This document shows, in pieces, positions 12,011-21,982 of a stretch of DNA of 64,000 nucleotides. This DNA is from an uncultured Actinomycetota bacterium (GTDB lineage Bacteria; Actinomycetota; Actinomycetes; Mycobacteriales; SCTD01), in assembly GCA_963844295.1 (NCBI GenBank), contig CAWJNR010000002.1:875816-939815 (forward strand), written 5' to 3'. Position 1 is the stretch's first letter. Every line of letters begins with the position of its first letter. Under the pieces are notes generated by a model. The model was not told where the DNA came from and searched no databases. It was given only the letters and a program-made list of their open reading frames with translations. Made by a program: the position numbers and the translations under genes.

Positions 12011-12095
12011 GCCCGGGTGGTGGAACGGCATACACGGAAGGCTTAAACCCTTCTGCCCGACAGGGATTGCGGGTTCGACTCCCGCTCCGGGCACC
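12011..12095 (+). tRNA. tRNA-Leu, anticodon UAA (class II, long variable arm)
   Basis: Hand-folded. Acceptor GCCCGGG pairs with TCCGGGC. Anticodon stem-loop is GAAGG-CTTAAAC-CCTTC, giving anticodon TAA. Long variable arm is TGCCCGACAGGGATT. T-arm is GCGGG-TTCGACT-CCCGC. Discriminator is A. Confidence 0.85.
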
Positions 12096-12199
12096 TCGCC
12101 CGGCGCCCTGTGGATCCCCGGGCACATCTCGTCGTGCCCGTACGTTGTACTCAGCGCACGGCCCCGCCCGAGGGTCGCGCAGAGGAGAACGACACCCAG

Positions 12200-12992
12200 A
12201 TGCGCAGCATGGAGTCCAACAACCCCGTCTTCGCGCGCAGCGAGCCGCTTGCGCGCAGCCTCTCGCAGGGCGTCGGCTTCCACCCCGCACCGTCCGCGGA
12301 GGACGTCGAGAGCCTCTACCGCACTCCGCAGCGGATGACGATGGACGACGTCGTCGTCAAGACCGGCATCCTGCTGGCGATCGTCGTGGGTGTCGGTGCC
12401 GCCTCGTGGTACCTCGGGGTCGGCATCGGGGTCGCGATGATCGCGGCCCTGGCCGGCTTCGCGCTCGCCATGGTCAACATCTTCAAGAAGAAGGTCAGCC
12501 CGCCGCTGATCATGGCGTACGCGGTGGCGCAGGGCGTGTTCCTCGGGGTCATCAGCGCCAGCTACGAGGGCGCCTACCGCGGCATCGTCGTCCAGGCCAT
12601 CGTCGGCACGGCCGCGGTCTTCGCCGCCGTGCTGTTCGGCTACAAGAGCGGCCGCCTGCGCGCGACCCCGAAGTTCACCAAGGTCGTCACCTTCGGCCTG
12701 GTCGGCATGGTCGCCGTCCTCATGCTCAACCTGCTCGTCGGCGCGTTCACCACGCGGTGACCCGCTCGGCATCAGCGGTGGCAACACCGGCCTGTCGATC
12801 CTGTTCACCCTGGGCCTGATCACCTTCGGTGCGCTGACCTTCGTGCTCGACTTCGACCAGGCCGACCGCATGGTCGCCGCCGGTGTCGCGGAGGAGGAGT
12901 CCTGGCGGGTCGGCTTCGGCCTCGTCGTCGGACTGATCTTCCTCTACCTCAACATCCTGCGGCTGCTCGCCTACCTGCAGAGCAGCGACTAG
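12200..12992 (+). CDS. Bax inhibitor-1/YccA family membrane protein, one frameshift near 12750 as sequenced
   Basis: The N-terminal 190 aa are in track ORF 12110..12760 (MRSMESNNPVFARS ... multi-TM). The C-terminus continues in another frame (RGDPLGISGGNTGLSILFTLGLITFGALTFVLDFDQADRMVAAGV ... LLAYLQSSD-stop). Confidence 0.75.
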
Positions 12993-13072
12993 TCGCACGC
13001 GCTGGTCCAGCGGGCCGTCATCCTCAGGGGTGGCGGCCCGCCGCCGTTCCCGGCGGTCCGTAGCCTGCGGGG

Positions 13073-13447
13073 GTGCCGGACGACCCGCTGGACCTGCTCC
13101 GCCGCGAGAGCCGCTCGCTCGTGCAGCGACTGCGGCTCTGGACGCCGGCGAGGTACGCCGCGGCCGCGCCGCCGCACGGCACCCGCGGCGACCTGGTGCA
13201 CCACCTCGTGCAGTCGCTGGCAGATGCTGCCGCCGACGCCGAGGGAGCGCCCCGGCGTGCCGTGCCGCGGCTGGACACCGACCTCGCGCTGGCCGACCAG
13301 CTCGCGGTGGTGTCCGACGACCTCGTCCGGGCCGGTCCGTCGGCGGAGGTGGCGCGCGAGGCCACCGCGCACGTGCTGCGCCACCGCCGCGACCTGCTCG
13401 GCGAGGACGTCCCACCGGGTCTGGCGGAGGCGCTCGAGATCAGGTAG
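13073..13447 (+). CDS. Hypothetical protein
   Basis: Track ORF with non-repetitive, helical-looking sequence (MPDDPLDLLRRESRSLVQRLRLWTP ... LVHHLVQSLADAAADAEG). I recognise no family. Confidence 0.45.
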   Translation: MPDDPLDLLRRESRSLVQRLRLWTPARYAAAAPPHGTRGDLVHHLVQSLADAAADAEGAPRRAVPRLDTDLALADQLAVVSDDLVRAGPSAEVAREATAHVLRHRRDLLGEDVPPGLAEALEIR

Positions 13448-13457
13448 CGCCCAGCAC

Positions 13458-13490
13458 AGAGGCCGGCCCCCTTGCGGGGAGCCGGCCTCT
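13458..13490. terminator. GC-rich hairpin between convergent genes (AGAGGCCGGCCCC-CTTG-CGGGGAGCCGGCCTCT)
   Basis: The inverted repeat was read directly. It sits between the stop of 13073..13447 (+) and the stop of the thiolase gene (-). Confidence 0.4.
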
Positions 13491-13507
13491 CGTACGAGCA
13501 GGTGCGA

Positions 13508-14734
13508 CTAGCTCAGGCGCTCGACCACCATGGCCATGCCCATGCCGCCGCCGACGCACATGGACTCGACGCCCCACGTCTTGTCGGCCGTCTGCAGGCC
13601 GTTGAGCAGCGTGCCGGTGATGCGCGCGCCGGTGGAGCCGAACGGGTGGCCCAGCGCGATCGCGCCGCCGTTGACGTTGAGCTTGTCGAGCGGGATGCCC
13701 ACCTCCTTGTAGGAGGGGATGACCTGCGCGGCGAAGGCCTCGTTGATCTCGAACAGGTCGATGTCGTCGACGCTCTTGCCGGCCAGTGCCAGCGCCTTCT
13801 TGATCGCCTCGACCGGGCCGAGGCCCATGATCTCCGGAGACAGGCCGGTGACCGAGGTGGAGACGATGCGGGCCAGCGGGGTGAGGCCCAGCTCCTCGGC
13901 CTTCGTGTCGCTCATGACGATGACCGCGGACGCGCCGTCGTTCAGCGGGCAGGCGTTGCCGGCCGTGATGAGGCCGTTCGGACGGAAGACCGGCTTGAGC
14001 CCGGACAGAGCCTCGACCGTGGTGCCGGCGCGCGGGCCGTCGTCGGTGCTGACGACGGTGCCGTCGGGCGTGGTCACCGGGGTGATCTCGCGCTCGAAGA
14101 AGCCGTTGGCGATGGCCTTCTCGGCCAGGTTCTGCGAGCGGGTCGCGAACTCGTCCATCTCCTGGCGGCTGACGCCCTTGATCCGGGCGACGTTCTCGGC
14201 GGTCTCGCCCATGGCGATGTAGACGTCGGGGAGCGTGCCGTCCTGGCGGGGGTCGCTCCAGTCCTCGGCGCCGCCGGCCTGGCGCTCGGCCGTGCGCGCC
14301 TGCGCCTCGGCGAAGACCGGGTTGGTGAGCTCCTGGCCCGGGATCATGTCGCTGTTGCCCTTGACGAAGCGGCTGACCGTCTCGACGCCGGCGGAGATGA
14401 AGACGTCGCCCTCGCCGGCGCGGATCGCGTGCAGCGCCATGCGGGTGGTCTGCAGCGAGGAGGAGCAGTACCGGGTGATCGTCGTGCCGGGCAGGTGGTC
14501 GAAGCCCAGCAGGGTCGCGACGACGCGGCCCATGTTCATGCCCTGCTCGCCGCCGGGCAGGCCGCAGCCGAGCATGAGGTCGTCGATGTCGCGCGGGTCC
14601 AGCGACGGCACCTTGTCGAGCGCGGCCTTGACGATGGTGGCGGCCAGGTCGTCCGGGCGGACGTCCTTGAGGGAGCCCTTGAAGGCGCGGCCGATGGGCG
14701 AGCGGGCGGTCGCGACGATGACGGCTTCGGGCAC
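13508..14734 (-). CDS. fadA: Acetyl-CoA C-acetyltransferase (thiolase)
   Basis: MPEAVIVATARSPIGRAFKGSLKDVRPDDL ... RYCSSSLQT ... NEAFAAQV ... GGAIALGHPFGSTGARI ... CVGGGMGMAMVVERL. These are the thiolase catalytic Cys/His/Cys motifs. Confidence 0.94.
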   Translation of the reverse strand: MPEAVIVATARSPIGRAFKGSLKDVRPDDLAATIVKAALDKVPSLDPRDIDDLMLGCGLPGGEQGMNMGRVVATLLGFDHLPGTTITRYCSSSLQTTRMALHAIRAGEGDVFISAGVETVSRFVKGNSDMIPGQELTNPVFAEAQARTAERQAGGAEDWSDPRQDGTLPDVYIAMGETAENVARIKGVSRQEMDEFATRSQNLAEKAIANGFFEREITPVTTPDGTVVSTDDGPRAGTTVEALSGLKPVFRPNGLITAGNACPLNDGASAVIVMSDTKAEELGLTPLARIVSTSVTGLSPEIMGLGPVEAIKKALALAGKSVDDIDLFEINEAFAAQVIPSYKEVGIPLDKLNVNGGAIALGHPFGSTGARITGTLLNGLQTADKTWGVESMCVGGGMGMAMVVERLS

Positions 14735-14797
14735 GGGAGGCTCCTCGGGGTGGGGACGGGCTTGCCGACGAGCGTACGACCGGTACCGAACGGCGTT

Positions 14798-15825
14798 CTA
14801 GCCGGCTGGGTCGTCCTCGAGCTCGGCGGGGTCGGTGGGTCCCTCGGGGGCTCCGCGACCCACCAGCGGCAGCCGGCGGCGCAGCCGGGCCAGCCGCCCG
14901 CCGCCCGCTCTCGTCCTCCGGCATCGGGTCGACCTCGACGCCGGGCTCGCGGGCGGCGACCCGGGCAGCGAGCTGCACGTCCTGGACGGAGTCGCTGATC
15001 GGCACGCTGACCGGGATGTCGACGCCCAGGCTCTCGAGCAGCGCTCGGCAGCATCGCGTCGACGATCCGGCGGTAGCCGTCGGCCGACGGGTGGAAGCGG
15101 TCGGCGCTCCACAGGTGCGGGTGGGCGTGGAAGTCGTCGGAGAGCAGGTCGCCGAGGGAGACGGCGATACCGCCCGCGTCGACGGTCGCGACGGTCTGCG
15201 CGGCCGCCAGCTTCCGGCTCCACACCGCCGCGACGGTGCGCAGCGGCTGCATGACCGGCTTGACGGACCCCAGGTCAGGGCAGGTGCCGACCACGACCCG
15301 CGCGCCCGAGCGGCGGAGCGTCGCGACCGCGCGGGACAGCTCGCGCGCCGAGGTGGCGATCGGCACGCGGTGCGTGACGTCGTTGGCGCCGATGACGATG
15401 ACCGCGATGTCGACCGGGCGCCGCAGCGCCTTGGCGACCTGCACCTCGAGGTCGGCTGAGCGCGCGCCCACGACGGCCAGCACCTCGAGGTCGACCCGCC
15501 GGTGCAGGTCGCGGGCGATCCCGCCGGCGAGCAGCGCGCCCGGTGTCTGGTCGGCACTGTCGCAGCCCAGGCCCGCTGCAGCGGAGTCGCCCAGCACGAC
15601 CAGGTGGACCGGCTCGTCGCCGCGCTTGCCCCGGCCGTACGACCCGGCGGCCAGCGGGGCCTTCGTCGTCGGCACGCCGATCGTGCGGCGGGCCAGCTTG
15701 GCCTCGGTCGCGAGCACCGCGTAGGTCAGGCCGAGTGCGCCCGCGAAGCCGCCGCCGCCGTACGCCGTCTTGACCGCGACGTAGCGCGCACGCCGACCGG
15801 GCCGCGGAACCGCCGGCGCCCTCAT
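14798..15825 (-). CDS. SGNH/GDSL hydrolase family protein, two frameshifts (about 15050 and 14900) as sequenced
   Basis: VHLVVLGDSAAAGLG (block I GDS), VIVIGANDVTH, DRFHPSADGY (block V). The C-terminus has to be pieced from three frames (ALLESLGVDIPVSVPISD ..., then GRLARLRRRLPLVGRGAPEG ... DDPAG-stop at 14798). Confidence 0.75.
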
Positions 15826-16532
15826 GAGCTCCGCCCGGCGAGGAAGGCGCGCACGGCGGCTTGCGCCCCGGTCGAGACGTGGGGGCCGTGGGTGAAGCCG
15901 GCGACGGAGAAGTCGAGCTCGCCGAGCCGTGCCGCCGAGGTGCGCGACAGCGTGACGTCGGTGCACGCCGAGGCGGGCGACCAGCGCAGCCCGCGCACGT
16001 TGAAGATCGCGTCACCGGTGACGAGCACCCCGCTGGAGGGGTGCAGGAACGAGCAGTGGCCCGGCGTGTGGCCAGGGGTGTGCACGACCACGATCCCGCC
16101 GGCGACCGGCAGCTCGGCGCCGTCCACGAACGTCTCCATCTCGGCCACGGGCGCGAAGCCGGTCGCCCGTCCGGGCACCCGCGCCAGCAGCCGCCCACCG
16201 CGGGTGGACCGGTCGACCGCGGGCATCCGGCCCTCGCGGACGTAGACGGCCTCGCGCTCGTGGGTGTGCACCGGGGCCCCGGTCGCCGCCTGCACCTCGG
16301 CCAGCCCGCCGGCGTGGTCGCCGTGGGCGTGGCTGAGCAGCAGGTGGGTGACGTCGCCGGGCGCCTTGCCGAGCGAGGCGAGCGCGGCGAGCAGCGCCTT
16401 GGGCGCCCGCTTGGTGCCCGCGTCGACCAGGACGAGGGAGCCGTCGGAGCCCGCGACGAGGTAGCTGTTGATGACGTCCGCCGGGGCCGTCGGGATGCGC
16501 CAGACGCCGTCGGCGACCTGCACCGCGGTCAT
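15822..16532 (-). CDS. MBL-fold metallo-hydrolase
   Basis: SHAHGDHAGG is the HxHxDH motif. Also VHTPGHTPGH. ATGA overlap with the downstream SGNH gene. Confidence 0.85.
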   Translation of the reverse strand: MTAVQVADGVWRIPTAPADVINSYLVAGSDGSLVLVDAGTKRAPKALLAALASLGKAPGDVTHLLLSHAHGDHAGGLAEVQAATGAPVHTHEREAVYVREGRMPAVDRSTRGGRLLARVPGRATGFAPVAEMETFVDGAELPVAGGIVVVHTPGHTPGHCSFLHPSSGVLVTGDAIFNVRGLRWSPASACTDVTLSRTSAARLGELDFSVAGFTHGPHVSTGAQAAVRAFLAGRSS

Positions 16533-16693
16533 GGCCGTCCTCCCTCGTCCGGGCTACCGACCGGTAGCCCGCCCCGTCGACCCTAGTCCGGTCACCTGCG
16601 CCGACAGCCGGCCCGGTCGCCGTACGCTGGCCGCTGGGCGGCCTGTGGACGACGGGGTCCCGCGGCGCCCGTCCGACCCGGAGGTCCCGGCCC

Positions 16694-18067
<1,374 letters not shown>

Positions 18068-18095
18068 CCAGCCTCAGCGAGCAGTCAGCCGGGGA

Positions 18096-19053
18096 TCAGC
18101 GGGTCGCCCCCAGGCGGGCGACGACGGCCGTGTGCGGCACGGTCAGCGCGAGCAGCGCCACGAGCAGACCGCCGGTGACGCCGACGACGAGCGCGAGGGC
18201 TGCCGTGCCGACCAGCGCGACCGCGCTCGGCAGCGCGGCCGCGCGGGCGAAGCGGACGAGCCCGGCGCGGCGGTGACCGGTCGGCGTGCGGGTCGAGCGC
18301 GACCAGGCGGGCGGTGTGCCGGACGGCGTGCCAGCCGGCGAACCACGCTGCGAACGCCGCCAGCGGCGGCAGCACCGCCGCGACGGCCACGACGAGCAGG
18401 AGCTCGGCGCCTCGGCGGCGGTCCCGCCTGGCGGTCAGCAGACCGGCGGCCACGAGGACCGCCGTCAGCCCCAGCAGCCCGGCGCGCACGGGGGAGTCGA
18501 GCAGCACGCCGGCCAGGCCGGGGTCGAGCCCGTCGAGCAGCGGGCGGACGTCGGCGGGACGCAGGACCAGCGGGAGCGCCACGACGGCGACGCCCGCCGC
18601 AGCGCCGGCGGTCCACTCCGGGCGGGCGCCGCGCAGGCGCGCCCAGCCGACCTCGCCCTCGGCGAAGTGGGCGGCGGCCAGGGCGAGCAGCACCAGCAGG
18701 GCCGGCAGCGGTGCGAGCAGCGCCACTCCCACCGCGGCGACGGCCGCCAGCGCGTAGCCGACCACGACACGCAGTCGCGGTCGTACCTCTCCCTGCGCCC
18801 AGCCCCAGGCCAGGTGGTCCACGGCGCCGTGCGGCAGGCCGAGCACCGCAGCGGCGACGAGCAGCGCCGGCCCCGCGGCCTGCAGCAGCTCGGGGGCGAC
18901 CAGCCCCGCGACCAGGGCGGTGAGCAGCACCCCGGTCGACAGCCGGGACGCGCCCCGCAGCAGCGGGTCCGGTGCGGTCGGTGCGGCGCCGGGAGGGGCG
19001 CTCGCGAGCAGGGTCACGCGGTGATCGTGCTCCTCGAACCAGGACAGCACCAC
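18096..19053 (-). CDS. blh: Brp/Blh family beta-carotene 15,15'-dioxygenase (retinal synthesis), one frameshift near 18290 as sequenced
   Basis: Multi-TM protein with the conserved His set: LGLPHGAVDH, AAAHFAEGE, GWHAVRH. After a frame change, the hydrophobic tail is GHRRAGLVRFARAAALPSAVALVGTAALALVVGV ... LTVPHTAVVARLGATR-stop. It is divergent from the opsin gene. Confidence 0.8.
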
Positions 19054-19244
19054 CCGAAAAGCGGTTCAGACCTTGTTCGAGTTGCGCGATCGGCCGTGCA
19101 CCCCCACCGTCTGACTCGCCCCGCCCCTGGTCCACCGGCCACTCCGGCCACCGGACCTCGCTCCGGAGCCGGACGCCCGACCGGGCGTCCGCCGCGTCGT
19201 GCCCGGTCGGCCCTGCGCCGGCCCACCTCCAGGAGGACTGCGCC

Positions 19245-20114
19245 GTGATCGTCGCCCAGGGGATCCAGATCCCCGAGCTCTCGTCAGGTCAGTACGAGAC
19301 CGTCTACAACCTGTTCTCTCTCGCCATCGCCAGCCTGTTCTTCACCGGGCTCTACCTGGTGCTCTCGCAGAAGCGGGTGCTGCCGCGCTACCGCAACGCG
19401 CTGATCGTCAGCGCCACGGTCTGCTTCATCGCGACCTACCACTACGTACGGATCTTCGACAACTTCAAGGAGTCCTACGTCACCGAGGCGCAGGGCGGCC
19501 AGGGCGTCTACACGCTCACCAACATCCCGTTCAACGAGGGCTACCGGTACGTCGACTGGTTCCTCACCGTGCCGCTGCTGCTCGTCGAGACCATCGCCGT
19601 GCTGGCGCTGGCCCGCGCGGTCGCCAAGCCGCTGCTGACCAAGCTCGTCATCGCCTCGGCGCTCATGATCGCGCTCGGCTACCCCGGTGAGATCACGACC
19701 GACACCGGCCCGCGCCTGCTCTGGGGCACGCTCTCGACGATCCCGTTCATCTACCTGCTCTACGTGCTGTTCGTCGAGATCAACAAGTCCCTCGACCGGC
19801 AGCCGCCGGAGGTCCGCAGCACCGTCGGCAAGCTCCGGATCATGCTGGTCGGTCTGTGGGGCGTCTACCCGATCGCCTACCTCATGCCGGTCCTCGGCTT
19901 CGACGGCCCGGACGCCTTCGTGCTCCGGCAGGCCGGCTACTCGATCGCGGACATCCTCGCCAAGGCCGCGTTCGGCCTGGTCATCTACAAGATCGCCCGG
20001 ATCAAGTCCGTCGTGGACGACCCGGCGTTCGACGACGAGGACGACTCGATCAGCGGCCTCGAGGCCGAGCCGGTGCCCGGTCAGCGCGGTCGCGCCGCCG
20101 CGACGACGGCCTGA
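19245..20114 (+). CDS. Microbial rhodopsin, xanthorhodopsin/actinorhodopsin-like, DTE-motif light-driven proton pump
   Basis: GTG start is preceded by AGGAGG. Seven TM segments. Helix C is RYVDWFLTVPLLLVE (D104, T108, E115). YHY gives His66. Helix G is YSIADILAKAAFG (D236, Schiff-base K240). LMIALGYPGE and WGTLSTIPF closely parallel Salinibacter xanthorhodopsin, from memory. Confidence 0.92.
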   Translation: MIVAQGIQIPELSSGQYETVYNLFSLAIASLFFTGLYLVLSQKRVLPRYRNALIVSATVCFIATYHYVRIFDNFKESYVTEAQGGQGVYTLTNIPFNEGYRYVDWFLTVPLLLVETIAVLALARAVAKPLLTKLVIASALMIALGYPGEITTDTGPRLLWGTLSTIPFIYLLYVLFVEINKSLDRQPPEVRSTVGKLRIMLVGLWGVYPIAYLMPVLGFDGPDAFVLRQAGYSIADILAKAAFGLVIYKIARIKSVVDDPAFDDEDDSISGLEAEPVPGQRGRAAATTA

Positions 20115-20212
20115 TCCGTCCCTGAGCGCCCGCACCGCCGCCACGTCCCCCGTGGCGGCGGTGCGGGCCCGGGCTCCTACCACCTCGCGCTCGTCACCGG
20201 AGAGGTCCCGCC

Positions 20213-21014
20213 GTGGACTACTGGGTGTTCGACCTGATCTTCCTCGTCCTGCCCGCCGCGCTGCTGCTGCGCGGCCTGCGCCCGCCGCGCGCGCTGCTCG
20301 TCGCCACCGCCGCCCTCGCCGGCGTCGCCCTGCTCTGGACCGCGCCGTGGGACGAGCACCTCGTCCGCACCGGCGTCTGGTCGTACGGCCCCGACCGCGT
20401 CCTCGCCACGATCGGCAGCGTGCCGGCGGAGGAGTACGCCTTCGTCGTCCTGCTCGTCGTCCTGGTCGCCGCGTGGGGGCTGCGCACGGGGCGGCTGCCG
20501 GCGCTGCCCGTCGCGCCCCGCGGCAGCCGGACCTCCGGGGCGCTCGGCTGGCTGGCCGTCGCGCTGGCCGGCGCGGCCGCCGTCGCCGTCGGCGGGCCAG
20601 CTGCGCTACCTCGGGCTGCTCCTGGTCTGGGTCGCCCCGCCGCTCGCGCTCCAGCGGGCGGTCGCCGGCGACCTGCTCCGGCCGCGGCTGGCCGACCGGG
20701 CGCTGCTCGCGCTGCCGGTGGCGCTGTGGCTGTGCGCGGCCGACCGGCTGGCGCTGGCCGACGGCATCTGGTCGATCGCGCCATCCAGCAGCACCGGGAT
20801 CCTCGTGCTCGGCCTCCCGCTCGAGGAGGGGCTGTTCTTCCTGCTCACCACCTGGCTGGTCGCCGACGGCCTGGTGCTGGCCACCGACCGCGCCGCCCTC
20901 GCCCGGGCCCGCGCGCTGGTCAGGCGGCCCGCGCGGTCCGCTCGCGCCACCAGGCGACCGTCAGCTCCCACGTCCCTTCCAGCGGCGTCGGCTCGACCCC
21001 GAACGCCTGCGTGA
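20213..21014 (+). CDS. Lycopene cyclase domain-containing protein (fused CrtYc/CrtYd type), frameshift near 20600; 3' end uncertain
   Basis: First half: MDYWVFDLIFLVL ... TAPWDEHLVRTGVWSYG ... GSVPAEEYAFVVL. Second half, in another frame: QLRYLGLLLVWVAPPLALQ ... LADGIWSI ... GLPLEEGLFFLLTTWLV. The tail overlaps the convergent gene and looks non-native. Confidence 0.7.
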
Positions 21015-21861
21015 AGGCGCTGCTGTCCAGCACGTAGGGCGCGGTGAACGAGTGCCGCATCTCCTCGAGCTCTCGCACGAGCGGCACGGCGACGCCCACC
21101 GCCCGCAGAAGCGCGTGCGGCACCGACGCGACCGGCACGGGCGGGACGCCCGCCGCGCGGCACAGGCCGTGGACGGCCTCCCGCACGCTCACGGCGGGCG
21201 CGGTCGGGACGTGCCAGGCCCGTCCCCACGCCCGCTCCTCGCTGCCCAGGACGGCGAGCGCTGCGCCGACGTCGAGGACCGACGTCCAGCTGTGGGGCAC
21301 GTCGACGGGCGGGATGACCCGCACCCCGCGCCCGGCCAGCACGCGCGGCACCACCCGCGCGGCCAGGTGCCCGCCGTCCAGGACGCCGGGGCCGACGAAG
21401 TCCGAGCCGCGCGCCTCCACCACGCGCAGGTCACCGGCCTCGTGCCGGGCCAGCGCGTCCTCCCACATCTGCTTCCGCACGCGGCCCTTCGCGCCGGTCG
21501 GCGTCAGCGGCAGGTCTTCGGTGATCGGTCCGGTCACCCGGCCGTAGGCGTACAGGTTGCCCATGGTCACGAGCACCGCGCCGCTGCCCTCGGCGGCGGT
21601 CAGCAGCGCCCTCGCCACCGGCGGCCAGTCCTGCTCCCAGCGGGTGTACGCCGGGTTGGCGCAGTTGTAGAGCGCGGCCGCACCGCGGGCCGCCGACGTG
21701 AGGGCGGCCGCATCCGCGGCGTCGAGTGCGTGGTGCTCCACCTGACCGGAAGAGGTCCCGCCCGAGCGCGAGAGCACCCGGACGTCGTGGCCCACGGCGA
21801 CGAGCCGCTCGGTCAGCGCCGTGCCGACAGGTCCCTTGCCGAGGACGACGTGCAGGCTCAT
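20920..21861 (-). CDS. NAD(P)-dependent epimerase/dehydratase family oxidoreductase
   Basis: Starts at MSLHVVLGKGPVGTALTERLVAVGHDVRVLSRS (Rossmann GxGxxG-like). It is divergent from the TetR gene. Confidence 0.75.
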   Translation of the reverse strand: MSLHVVLGKGPVGTALTERLVAVGHDVRVLSRSGGTSSGQVEHHALDAADAAALTSAARGAAALYNCANPAYTRWEQDWPPVARALLTAAEGSGAVLVTMGNLYAYGRVTGPITEDLPLTPTGAKGRVRKQMWEDALARHEAGDLRVVEARGSDFVGPGVLDGGHLAARVVPRVLAGRGVRVIPPVDVPHSWTSVLDVGAALAVLGSEERAWGRAWHVPTAPAVSVREAVHGLCRAAGVPPVPVASVPHALLRAVGVAVPLVRELEEMRHSFTAPYVLDSSAFTQAFGVEPTPLEGTWELTVAWWRERTARAA

Positions 21862-21880
21862 GGTGCCTCCTGATATCAGC

Positions 21881-21947
21881 GAGAGCGGTGCTCTCGTCTG
21901 CGAGCACTGTGCACGCCGCAGGAGGTCGCTGTCAAGAGCACTGCTCT
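21881..21947. promoter_or_regulatory. Two related palindromes in the divergent epimerase/TetR promoter region (candidate TetR operators)
   Basis: GAGAGC-GGT-GCTCTC at about 21881-21895 and AGAGCA-C-TGCTCT at about 21935-21947. Both share the AGAGC...GCTCT core. They lie in the 121-bp spacer between the two divergent starts. Confidence 0.4.
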
Positions 21948-21982
21948 CGACAGCGATCAGCGCTCTCCCTACACTGCGCGCC

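Noticed and set aside
11143-12100. Integrative element or prophage remnant at the tRNA-Leu gene.
   Set aside because: There is no integrase, no excisionase, and no direct repeat of the tRNA 3' end anywhere in the window. Only a solo HNH gene is present.
16533-16693. Riboswitch (SAM/SAH type) upstream of cbs, and likewise upstream of metB (22682-22703).
   Set aside because: I could not find the conserved cores I remember for SAM-I/IV or SAH elements. The only feature is a simple hairpin (GGGCTACC-GACC-GGTAGCCC). The metB leader is only 22 nt. An Infernal scan would be decisive.
19054-19244. Regulatory hairpin (GGACGCCC-GACC-GGGCGTCC, about 19167-19190) in the blh/opsin divergent region as a light- or retinal-responsive attenuator.
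   Set aside because: This is a single 8-bp GC hairpin in GC-rich DNA, with no supporting conservation or known motif. It is noted but not reported as a feature.
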